DNA of 63,731 nucleotides, counting the filler, from Aduncisulcus paluster (taxonomy: Eukaryota): NCBI GenBank assembly GCA_024181965.1. It is 6 parts of 6 records of this genome, joined end to end, with 100 filler letters (N's around TTAATTAATTAA, not from the genome) between each part and the next. Parts side by side here need not be neighbours in the genome. Positions count along the whole stretch, not along the records: positions 20,109 to 40,124 come from BQXS01009957.1; 5 more parts are not named here. The stretch is one strand, 5' to 3'. Below the pieces are notes generated by a model, which was given only the letters and a program-made list of their open reading frames with translations, was not told where the DNA came from and made no database searches. A program made the position numbers and the translations under genes. This document shows, piece after piece, positions 23,101-31,804 of this stretch (position 1 is the first letter of the stretch; every line of letters starts with the position of its first letter).

Positions 23101-24195
23101 CATCTCAACGTGGAGAAGTTAATGAAAGAACTCAGCCCACCAGAATTTATTATGTTTATTCGATTATTCGCTCTTAATGCCATCCATATTCTTGTTGATC
23201 TCTTTCCAGCCGCATCTGCCGATGATTGGGGTTCAATTCTTCCACGTGGAATGGTTCCTGTGATAACCGTTCTCACTTCTGCAATTCGACTGAAGGATGC
23301 AATGTTTAGAGTTCCTGGAATGAAACTATATAATTCTTATGTGTGCCCTTCTCAATTAATGGACAATATCATTGTTCACTTCAAGAAAACAATTCTTCAA
23401 CAGTTATTACTTGCCATTGGTTATGTTGGTATTCTTGGAAATCCTGCTGGACTTGTTCGATCAATTGGAACAGGAATGGTTGATTTATTATATGAACCAT
23501 GGGCATATGCTGATTCTCCATGGCTTTGCCTCAAGAGTTTTGGAAGAGGAATGTATTCCCTTGTTATGAATACTTTGAGAGCTGCTTCCTCATCGGTCGG
23601 TGGTATTTTGACTGGTTTTGGGGGACTATTCCAATCTGCGACTTCTCAATCAATGCAACAAAAGAGAAAACAGAGAGAAACTGCTGATTCAAGTGGAGCT
23701 CATGCCAAGGCGAGTGGGCAGGCTCTGGCCGGAATTGGTGAGGGTTGGGCAAATATTGTGAAGAAACCTCAAAGAGGAGGCCAAAAAAGTGTTGGGGCTG
23801 CTTTTAGAGGATTTGGCAGTGGATTAAAAGATGCATTGATGGGTACTTTGGGAGGAGTTTTTGACAGTCTTGGTCATCTTTTTATGAGTATGAGTACTCT
23901 CGGGAAAGGGAAAAGGCATCGAGATATGGTAGGTGCGAGACAAGAAGTCTTAGAAGATGGAACAGTATCAATTATTTATCTCGAAGATGAGGCAGAAGAA
24001 GAACAAGGCCAAGAAAATGGAGGTGAAGAGAAAGAAGAAGATCTGAATGATGATGAAAATGATGAGAAAGAAAGCTTTGAGAGGGATGAAGCTATCAGTG
24101 ATGTCGATTTAACAAAGGAAATTGACGATGAAACCAAAGAGATTGAGAAAGAAAAGGAAGCTTCTGGAATTGGAACAGTGGAATCGAACGATTGA
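20110..24195 (+). CDS. VPS13: VPS13 family lipid transfer protein, C-terminal portion (5' truncated by contig edge)
   Basis: FIIENNT repeat-type motif, VQVDNH, ILGNPAGLVRSIGTGMVDLLYEP and a Gly-rich amphipathic C-terminal (ATG2_C-like) region. The frame is open from the contig edge. Confidence 0.88.
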   Translation, partial: PREKLTLQNMRIPIFDQLGANIVDCRTGQPFPMPYSTDFPLTIEEIERQMEAQRRLEEASIQKSILQSKEGDKAAFSKEHEKQKEGEKEEHKKGQQESKKERHKRRVRTTKLKKVRREFLQLNDDILRQSTISFHIKSGESKYVNCIRPTDCVLMGCAICVGDSEYVDSTKEQPENSGAKSSKKKESKSKEKVNLDRLFATTADCPVLVSSPEILSERHRMFHQSMLNNTSLSVHSVRSAWSHASLKKELLLTEIFRKSELYEPPKNKTKLLRLGVELSFFAEAAVRVSIFPPHVMLNRTRFNFVMDALENSMAIPNHLPPKSFSIVGYPRHVRKTAAARKGAEVSIYIDGQPDNFTEVGELSSLATSGVLYHRTVIQTADWESYNVAVPLLIRSRLTPESLSLCLSFSYYFKMINASESNVLMTCVDKKSKPSFLKAFTRVMQPGQQEELTAFKCRYERTTPEPVIWLRIGDDLGIGCCSGVSMLKTGEHFIPKLGKGTDIERLIEEEVENKRKKHESKKDKASKDGEKPSDSLHIVDTNHSDIECIYESSTEDEETSIQGSHEEEKEEQHIIETIDEGSESKDLISSPNGTSSSSEDSYQLSPSLETQLRQAKEYWRIVISEQKDNVVQVVFGECKYEDLPFIIENNTDMVVQIWELSKTSLYLGSGKIVKQKGSFLVDSHSSSLFSLPNNMSECKWSIGPFHTKRKIRLNEPKIVEIDLKERKKKGTVYPATCVVVKVFFRGRKRVLSISDKASEDSQDVDIDLIPTKFHPMFLLTQGHISDLFGSIGLVLPMIRVRVFVGRSKLKELITISLVNLSVNLVTGVKAIGFEVKVGYVQVDNHDEFCQFSVPLQLMGYTTVKKESEGKRITAAELSGKSDPAFSLRIVKQIHLGTQGSDFNEGITPVEEFVISLPGVVISLDGNILHTILALAVEYSPVKNTRIDYRMNWIQNFQHGLLPGEKDSISQNELEERFMELMKGEMSHDDILACIIHKRHLNVEKLMKELSPPEFIMFIRLFALNAIHILVDLFPAASADDWGSILPRGMVPVITVLTSAIRLKDAMFRVPGMKLYNSYVCPSQLMDNIIVHFKKTILQQLLLAIGYVGILGNPAGLVRSIGTGMVDLLYEPWAYADSPWLCLKSFGRGMYSLVMNTLRAASSSVGGILTGFGGLFQSATSQSMQQKRKQRETADSSGAHAKASGQALAGIGEGWANIVKKPQRGGQKSVGAAFRGFGSGLKDALMGTLGGVFDSLGHLFMSMSTLGKGKRHRDMVGARQEVLEDGTVSIIYLEDEAEEEQGQENGGEEKEEDLNDDENDEKESFERDEAISDVDLTKEIDDETKEIEKEKEASGIGTVESND

Positions 24196-24598
24196 ATTGT
24201 TGATACAATCCTCACAAATGAGGAATAAAATGTGATTCTCAATAATTTCGTTTTTGAAAAGGTTTATTTATATACAGTACTATACTGAACTATAATATAA
24301 TATACTTGATAAAAAATATTCAGTGAGAAAATGAGAAACAGATTGTGACTGATGTTAATTTTGGACCTAAAACGCAAGAATATAAGAAATATACTATTAG
24401 AAATTTGATTGTTTCGTATCTTCTGTGAAAAATAGTTGTTGTAGATCCACAATAACACTTATATTGGAGAAAAGAGATCAAAATGAATCATAATTTTTTT
24501 TTAAAAAAATAAAATAAAATAACAGAATAATCTGAAATGAAATGAAATGAATAAAGATATTAAAGGCAATTTCACGTTACAATCAACGGAAAATAGAA

Positions 24599-25251
24599 TT
24601 ATTTTTCGGATTCTTCACTTTCTTGAATTTCACTTTTTGGAGAAGAAGGTGAGTCTTCAGAAATGAAAACGAGGGAATCGATGTATGTTTTACCACATTT
24701 TTTATCATTCCACATTCCAGTTCCCTCGATTTCAACAACGGTGACTTCATGGAGATCAATAGGAAGGAAAAGCCATTGAGCATTACATTTGAATTTTTTG
24801 AACTTGTATTTCTTGATCCTTTGCTCTCCACTGGATAGAGTAAAAGAAAATACAAGGAATTGAGGGCCATACCATTTGTTAATACAAATATAAGCACCCT
24901 TGAGATTAGAAGATGTAAATGGGAAAAATAAATGAGAAAATGACACACCATATCCGCCCCGAATCATTCTTTGTGCATGTAAACTCTGATCAAATTTATC
25001 AGATTCTTTGGACTCTGATGTGTCTTCGCCAGTGACATTCGAAACATCAGGTAAAACGACAGAAGAATCTGTTCGAGCAATTGGAATGACACTTTCATCG
25101 CCTTCAACTTTAAATATTGGTTTAACGGATTCAACCTAGGAAGAAAAATGACAATTTAAGTGAGAAAATCGAAGAATATTAAAAAAAAAGGGAAAATGAC
25201 AATAAAAACTAAAATACTTACCTTTTGTGAGCTACAACATCCAAGTCCCAT
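24599..25251 (-). CDS. Small, probably dually acylated protein with an unnamed beta-rich domain; exons 25251-25222 and 25135-24599
   Basis: An 86-nt intron at 25221-25136 (GTAAGT...CCTAG), phase 0, gives MGLGCCSSQK|VESVKPIFKVEGD...DQSLHAQRMIRG...SHLFFPF...KGAYICINK...WLFLPIDL...EIEGTGMW...IDSLVF. Confidence 0.8.
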
Positions 25252-25577
25252 TAATTATTGCTAATATAGAGAATTTAAAGTTTTAATTTAAAGGATAAAC
25301 GGGATGAGGGAGAAAAAGTAATCATAATCAAGAAGAAATAGGAATTATTCCAATAAATTTAGATAAAATGCCATTAATGTCCTTTAAAAAAATCAATAAA
25401 AAACATACTCAGTTTTGATTAGCTTCAAAAACTCGCAAAAATTTCTAAAAGATTAGGATTTGAATATAATATAAGTATAACCTAAAATTATTGTTAGTCA
25501 TATAAATATTTGTTAAAATAAGTTATCTAAATCCTCTATATCTCGTGATTAAAGAAAATTCAATTTTTTGAAAAATA

Positions 25578-25650
25578 TTCCGGCACCGGGATTCGAACCC
25601 GGGTCTTGACGGTGAGAGCGTCACATGCTAACCAACTATACCATGCCGGA
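25578..25650 (-). tRNA. tRNA-Glu(CTC)
   Basis: TCCGGCA TG GTAT AGTTGGTTA GCAT G TGACG CTCTCAC CGTCA AGAC CCGGG TTCGAAT CCCGG TGCCGGA A: cloverleaf with anticodon CTC, no intron, followed by a T-run Pol III terminator. Confidence 0.97.
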
Positions 25651-25847
25651 GACACTAAAATGTGTGCAAAACAATATCTAAAAATATCAAATTTTTAAAT
25701 TTCGATTTTATATGCTTTAAAAATAAATTATTAGAAATAAACATATTATTATTTAATAATTCACCAGATAAATTAAATTTATGTTGTCATGCCGAGTGGT
25801 GCACTTAACTATCATTTTTTGGAGAGATCTCAAGTTAGGTATATTCA

Positions 25848-27311
25848 ATGAAAGCAACTTTATTAATAATTTGTACGATTTTTGCTATCTATGCTACTAA
25901 AGTTCATTCATTCTCTTCTGATGATTATTTCCCAATCTACTCATCATATGTCCTTCGTCATGGGGATAGAACCGCTATCTGGCCATTAGACCCTTCGAAA
26001 GATTCCTCTCCAGTTTGGGATAATATGGTAGGTAACCGGAGCGCGGGACAATTGACATCGACCGGTGTGTCAATGGCGTACTCAAAGGGTCAAACCTTCT
26101 ATAATAATATAATTGATGTAGATGGGAACAATTCTTATGCTTTATTACCCTCAACCTACAATTTTTCAACAATTCAATTTAGAGCCACTGGATATGATCG
26201 TACTCTCATGACAGGGTATTCATTCCTTTCCGGGATATTTTATGGAGATAACTCGGCCCCTATTCCAAATAATTCATCTCCGGTTCCAATTCATGCAGTT
26301 TTAAAAACCGATGATCCTCTTTTGCGACCCTATAACACTTGTCCCACTCTGGAAGATTTCCAAGCTTCAATTGATGATATTCCTGAGCTTTGGGCCGAAT
26401 ATGAAGAAAGAAAACCGATTCTTGATGAAGTATCTCAAAAAGTTGGCAGCGAATGCACAGGTCCCTCCACCGTCCAAAGTTCTCTGTTCGATCCCTTGAC
26501 GTGTGATAGATATCATGGTTATTTGCCTGATAATGTTACAGAAGATGAGTATCAGGTTGTCAAAGAGATGTTTTATCTCGTAAATCAATACAAATATTCC
26601 ATTGAAGATCCATATTACCAATTGTATTCCTGTAATTTCCTCCAGGAGCTTCATGATCATATCGATTCTCTTTTTACAGATGAATATCCAACAGCTGATG
26701 CTCACTTTTATTTTGCACACGATTCAACGATTATGGCTTTTAGAGCTGGGTTAGGAATCCCTGCCTACAAAGTTCCTGAATATGTTGCTCACTTGGGATA
26801 TGAGGTCCTTTCAAAGAAATCATCACCTTATCGGCCATCTTGGGTGGAAGATCGTGTCAGTTCACAAGGGTCAAACATGAAAGATTTCTATATCCGCTTT
26901 GTGTTCGGAGACAACTCAGATTCCTTTGATGCTACCCCATTCTCTTCTCCATATATCGATGCATATGTTGCTAGCTTGTCTGATGGAGACACTGAGACAC
27001 TTCCTGAGGGATATTATCGTCTCGATCACTTCATGGATTATGTTTCATCCAGTGTTTGGTCATCAGATAAGTTCGATCAAGTCTGTGGGAATGTTCCCAG
27101 CAATGAAATGGATTGGTATTGGGGCATGCTCATTGGAATTCTTGCTTCCACGGTGCTTTTGGGTGTGTTGATACTTGTGTTGTACTGTCTTCGCTTGAGG
27201 AAGAGCAGAGCTTCACCTGTGGTAGGAGGGGAATATTCTCGTGTGCTGACAGATGCAATGACTGACATTGTTGGTGATCCAGATCTTGCAACAACAACTC
27301 TTCTTGAATAA
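25848..27311 (+). CDS. Histidine acid phosphatase (lysosomal type, type I membrane protein)
   Basis: Signal peptide, RHGDR and AHD catalytic motifs, C-terminal TM helix, tail with YSRV and LL sorting-type signals. Confidence 0.92.
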   Translation: MKATLLIICTIFAIYATKVHSFSSDDYFPIYSSYVLRHGDRTAIWPLDPSKDSSPVWDNMVGNRSAGQLTSTGVSMAYSKGQTFYNNIIDVDGNNSYALLPSTYNFSTIQFRATGYDRTLMTGYSFLSGIFYGDNSAPIPNNSSPVPIHAVLKTDDPLLRPYNTCPTLEDFQASIDDIPELWAEYEERKPILDEVSQKVGSECTGPSTVQSSLFDPLTCDRYHGYLPDNVTEDEYQVVKEMFYLVNQYKYSIEDPYYQLYSCNFLQELHDHIDSLFTDEYPTADAHFYFAHDSTIMAFRAGLGIPAYKVPEYVAHLGYEVLSKKSSPYRPSWVEDRVSSQGSNMKDFYIRFVFGDNSDSFDATPFSSPYIDAYVASLSDGDTETLPEGYYRLDHFMDYVSSSVWSSDKFDQVCGNVPSNEMDWYWGMLIGILASTVLLGVLILVLYCLRLRKSRASPVVGGEYSRVLTDAMTDIVGDPDLATTTLLE

Positions 27312-27680
27312 GGGTTTATTGAGTTAGATTTGTTAGTCTGTTAAGTTTTTTATATTCATCTTCTATGTTCTTTCTATCTAAATCGTGTTATTCATTGAAT
27401 TAAAAGGTTAAANNNNNNNNNNNNNNNNNNNNGTGTTGATACTTGTGTTGTACTGTCTTCGCTTGAGGAAGAGCAGAGCTTCACCTGTGGTAGGAGGGGA
27501 ATATTCTCGTGTGCTGACAGATGCAATGACTGACATTGTTGGTGATCCAGATCTTGCAACAACAACTCTTCTTGAATAAGGGTTTATTGAGTTAGATTTG
27601 TTAGTCTGTTAAGTTTTTTATATTCATCTTCTATGTTCTTTCTATCTAAATCGTGTTATTCATTGAATTAAAAGGTTAAA
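27165..27680. other. Assembly artefact: 248-bp overlap duplicated across a 20-N gap
   Basis: 27165-27412 is repeated at 27433-27680. Confidence 0.92.
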
Positions 27681-28100
27681 ATCGATCATCTATCGTATAT
27701 TATATTATGTTTACTATTTGATGATCGATCGTATCATTTATTGATCAAACTGTTGAAGTTACATATTGAACAGCTATTATATTATTTGGATGATTTCGAC
27801 CTCAATGTTAAATTATCCACGTTGTCCAATTAATTTTTTCCCATCGCCTATATTGATCGGTAACGAACGTTGGCGTATCCAGAATTCTAAAAATATAACT
27901 AAATTTGAATGCTTAAAAGTGATATGTTAAAAGATAATGTGGATTGGCGTGTTTCAAAAAATAGAGTCGAAAGCAACAATTTCAACATTTATTGGATTTC
28001 ATTCTAAAGCAAAAAAGATCGTGTTTCTATTTTAATCATTTGATAAGGTTTATTATAGAAATTCGATATTTCTTATTCGGAATAAGTTATTCGGAATAAG

Positions 28101-28803
28101 TTATTCCCCAAAGATGGGATCTGAAGTTTCTCGCAATTCAGTAACATCTGTTATCAATGGTTTGTAAATTTTAGTAAATTCTTTCACGGATAATCCCAAT
28201 TTAAGATCGATATCCCCTCCGCCAAGCCAAAAGAATCCGGTTTTTGCCCCTTCATGAATCGATTTGTCGAGAACCATCACGAGTCGAGTCCGAGATCCAA
28301 CTGGAGTTACAGCATTATGGGCATATCCGCAGAGTTTAAAGGATGTTTCTTCCTTTGCAAAATTGAAATGGTAAGCACGGGAAGGGATCGAAAGCCCCAC
28401 TTTAGCCCCGGCTTCTTTGATAAATGACAAAAAATTTAGAGGGAGATAGGTTGTCACATAAGGAATGACAATAAGATAAAATTGTTCATAATACTGCTTA
28501 TGATCATCAGATAATTCAGCATAAATAGATTCACGCCAAGAATAATTCTGGATAATCAAAGACTTGCATAACGATGAAATATGAGGTGGGGATAGGGGAT
28601 CAATAGCTTTAGCACGTTGATATATATTCGTGTCATAATAATTTCCAGGAACTTGTGATATTCTAAAAGAAGAAAAGCCATCCCTGATCGCAGAAAGATA
28701 TATGTGAGCAGCAGTAATTTTTGAGGGAATATGAATTAGATCACAGATAGTTTGATATTTCTTTTCGAGTTTTTCTAAACGATCATCAATATCCTTTTCC
28801 ATT
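28101..28803 (-). CDS. YbaK/ProX-like aminoacyl-tRNA editing domain protein
   Basis: LCKSLII motif, GYAHNAVTPVG, FWLGGGDIDLKLGL. The likely start is ATG 28803 (MEKDID). Confidence 0.82.
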
Positions 28804-28987
28804 TTCGTGACGAAAAAGGCAAAAAAAAAAAAAAAAAAAGTGGATGATTGATGCATCCCCGAATAAATTAAGACAGTTCACCAATAATTGATATTATTTT
28901 ATTGTGGCGTATTAATTTTTATGTAAAAATCACCAAGAGTTAGCACTAGATATTATCTAATATTCAGGCAGACGGAAGACAAACTCA

Positions 28988-29026
<39 letters not shown>
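28988..29026. repeat. (AAT)n microsatellite
   Basis: About 13 perfect AAT units. Confidence 0.95.
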
Positions 29027-29055
29027 TACCAATCTATTTCACAATTATCACATTG

Positions 29056-30330
29056 TTATTCTCTCAATACACCAAATGATTCTGGTCCATCTTTATCTAT
29101 AGAACTACTTCTTGAATCATATTGTCTTTTCCGATCGATATGATCATCTCTCCCTCTTCCTCTGCCTCTTCCTCTTCCCCTTCCTCTTCCTCTCCCCCGA
29201 CCTCGTCCTCTGCCTCTGCCTCTTCCTCTACCACGAATGGTGGAATCTTTGTAAGCATGCGACACGTGAGCATAACTTCCAGATGGTTTTTTGGGCCCTC
29301 TTGGGGACTTCGATGAAGAATGACGATGGTCAAGAGGATTGTGTGAATGATCATGGAGATCAGGATGCTGTCCATGAGGGTGTGGGGCTGTCGAGTCACG
29401 TGGATCTGGACCATACGACCGACTATGATCATGTGGATGCCCAGAGCCAGATATTGTAGTCGAAGAATGAGAATGGGACGCCCACGATGTATGCTGATCC
29501 ATTGCAGAAGAAGACCCGGCTATGCTGGGATTCGGAGCAGATGGATACCGTTGTTTGCTCCCTTTACGGCCAACAAATCCTTGTCTTTGGTTTTGTTTTT
29601 GGAATTGGCTAAAAAGTTTCACGGGTTTCTTTTTCCTTCCAAACAAAACGGTTGTTGACACAGAGGCCGATTTCTCAGTAATTTCAGAACCAGTAGGTTT
29701 GGTGAAATGAGGAGGGGGAGGTATAGAACGCGTAGGCTTTTTGGGATGGCATGATGATGAGTGCGACGTGAAAGACGAGGAACAGGAAGTATGATGGGAG
29801 TGAGGATGAGTCGATACACGATCAGTTGAATAGGGTTTGGAGGAATAAGGTTTCCGCGGTTTTCCACGGCCCCTTGAAGATTTGGAATGAACAGAATGTC
29901 TATCTGGATAACGATCGTATCTATCACGAGATCTTTGGGAAAAATCAATGTCTTTAGGGTTCTTGTCAATCTTAATACGTTCGGGTTTGGATTGAGAAAT
30001 TGGCTCTTCTTTGATAATATGGGGTGATTCAACGGTCTTAATTTCTCTTGGAGATTCACTCTTGCTCTCAAATTCTTGATCTTCATTATTAGAATCAGCC
30101 CAGTAATCGTCATCGCTATAATCATCATCAGCTAACCAATCATCTTCTTTTTTGATAGTTTCAGATTTTGAATGAACAGAATGTTTATCTGAAGGTTTAG
30201 ATGGGGAAGAAATAGGCTTAGATTCCTTGGATTTGGGAAGGGGTTGTTCTTTAAGTTCAACATATCCTGGTAATGATCTAGGAGGATTTCTTCCTTTTCC
30301 AGGATTCTTTCTTTTTGTTCCTGGGACCAT
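29056..30330 (-). CDS. Intrinsically disordered Ser/Pro/His-rich protein with a long RG dipeptide tract
   Basis: Long ORF, likely start MVPGTKRK at 30330, with about 15 RG repeats near the C-terminus. Confidence 0.75.
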   Translation of the reverse strand: MVPGTKRKNPGKGRNPPRSLPGYVELKEQPLPKSKESKPISSPSKPSDKHSVHSKSETIKKEDDWLADDDYSDDDYWADSNNEDQEFESKSESPREIKTVESPHIIKEEPISQSKPERIKIDKNPKDIDFSQRSRDRYDRYPDRHSVHSKSSRGRGKPRKPYSSKPYSTDRVSTHPHSHHTSCSSSFTSHSSSCHPKKPTRSIPPPPHFTKPTGSEITEKSASVSTTVLFGRKKKPVKLFSQFQKQNQRQGFVGRKGSKQRYPSAPNPSIAGSSSAMDQHTSWASHSHSSTTISGSGHPHDHSRSYGPDPRDSTAPHPHGQHPDLHDHSHNPLDHRHSSSKSPRGPKKPSGSYAHVSHAYKDSTIRGRGRGRGRGRGRGRGRGRGRGRGRGRGRDDHIDRKRQYDSRSSSIDKDGPESFGVLRE

Positions 30331-30593
30331 GAGAAATGTCAAGGAAAGAAAGATAAATGTTTTGCAAAGCATTTTTTTTTTTCAAAAGAAAAAAATAAAT
30401 ACACCCCGCAAAATCTGGATGATTTTTAGATTTTTTTCAAATTTTATTTTCTTTTATTTCTTGATTAGAAGAAATTATTTGTAATGGAAAGAAGAAGAGG
30501 CAAAAAATCTTTAGGGAAGTTTTAGAGCTTTCCTGGAGGAAATACAGTTAAAATTGATATGTAACAATGCAAATAAATGTGCTTAAATAAGTC

Positions 30594-30749
30594 TGTCTCT
30601 CGCACGAATGCGTAAAGACATTAGCAGAATAGAGCAAGGTACAAGAGTATCCCTGTCTATATGGAGTTCATTCCCTGCCGCAGCATGGGACCGCTCCACA
30701 ATGAAGGGGCCTTCCAGATCACCCACTTCAAAATTCTGAAGGTAAGTTT
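30594..30749 (-). ncRNA. U1: U1 spliceosomal snRNA (divergent)
   Basis: 5' AAACUUACCU; helix H CAGAA/UUCUG; SL1 UGAAG-U-GGGU [GAUCUGGAAG] GCCC-CUUCA (U1-70K loop); SL2 UGUGGAG..UCCC..GGGA..CUCCAUA; SL3 UAGA-CAGG..CCUUG-C-UCUA; SL4 UGUCUUU-A-CGCA[UUCG]UGCG-AGAGACA. Confidence 0.9.
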
Positions 30750-31031
30750 CAGGAAAATAGATCTATATGAAGATAATAACCGAAAATCTAAAAATAGAGT
30801 AGGCGTATTTTATTGTTCTAATAAACGATTTGATTGCATCACAATCAATATTTGAACAAATATATTATTGAAATGTGAATTACATTGGATTTGACCTTGA
30901 CAGAACGAAGAAACAATTATCGCGAATTCGGGGAACATAATATCGAGAAAACGCAATGAATTGATTTTGTCTCTTAACAAGACAAATTTATCATCAAGGT
31001 TGTTTTCAATTCAAGCCTCAAAACAACATAT

Positions 31032-31387
31032 TTAGATATAAATTCCAAAATCGGGTAAAATAAGGGATATTCCTATTCCGAGTGAAATAGATGTTAGTAT
31101 TAGAGTAATAACACATCGAGAGGAACGTTTACATGATAATTTGATGAATGAAATGGAAAGTAAGAATCCGACAATGAGGAAGGCTAGAGCAATGATAATT
31201 CGTTTTTGAGAATCTATATTGGTTTGAATCGGCAATAAATCTTCATTGCCGATGAAAATTTCATCATAATCTTTGGGGATTTCCTTATAATATAATCAAA
31301 AGTATTTATCAAAAGGGAAATAAGTATGATGCATAATAAAATCATTAATCAGAATAAAAATGAACGTACATTTTTTGGATCGCCCAT
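31032..31387 (-). CDS. TMEM258: TMEM258/OST5 oligosaccharyltransferase subunit, 89 aa; exons 31387-31370 and 31283-31032
   Basis: Two TM helices ending SISLGIGISLILPDFGIYI (family end ..LGFG..L....GIYV). An 86-nt intron at 31369-31284 (GTACGT...TATAAG), phase 0, supplies the ATG. Confidence 0.78.
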
Positions 31388-31804
31388 TTTAATCTCGGAT
31401 ATGTTTCCAAATCGTCATAATCAGGGAGAAACTCAAATGCATTTTAGTTCTTTTTACGGATAAACACACTGGAAAATATATGGGACAAATCAACTTAAAT
31501 ATCCATTATTACTCAATTAAATCCAAATTTCTCCCGTTGTTTCAATAAACGCATCAGTAGAAAATAGGCCTATTTCAACTGGAGAACTACTTAGAACCGG
31601 CCTTCTTTTGGGGTGTCTCGATATTAAGCGATTTGCCACCGAAAATTCCGATGGTCATATCGAGAAAGTCTGGATATTTTCGTGAGTGTATCAGCCTTGG
31701 TCTTATCCTGGTTTTCTTTGAATCAAATATTGCTTTTGTTTCAGATTAGCGTTTTATTGTATTTTATCATTCCTTTTTATTTTTTAGTCTAACATTTCAG
31801 TAAC

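Noticed and set aside
28072-28106. 14-bp tandem TTATTCGGAATAAG at the YbaK stop codon
   Set aside because: It looks like a local slippage duplication of a short palindrome, with no evidence of function.
942-30749. An RNA-processing gene cluster (LUC7, CPSF30, U1)
   Set aside because: U1 is on a different contig. LUC7 and CPSF30 are adjacent, but that can arise by chance in a dense genome.
30661-30855. 64-aa plus-strand ORF with a GTAAGT donor-like site
   Set aside because: It is the antisense of U1; the apparent donor is the complement of the U1 5' end.
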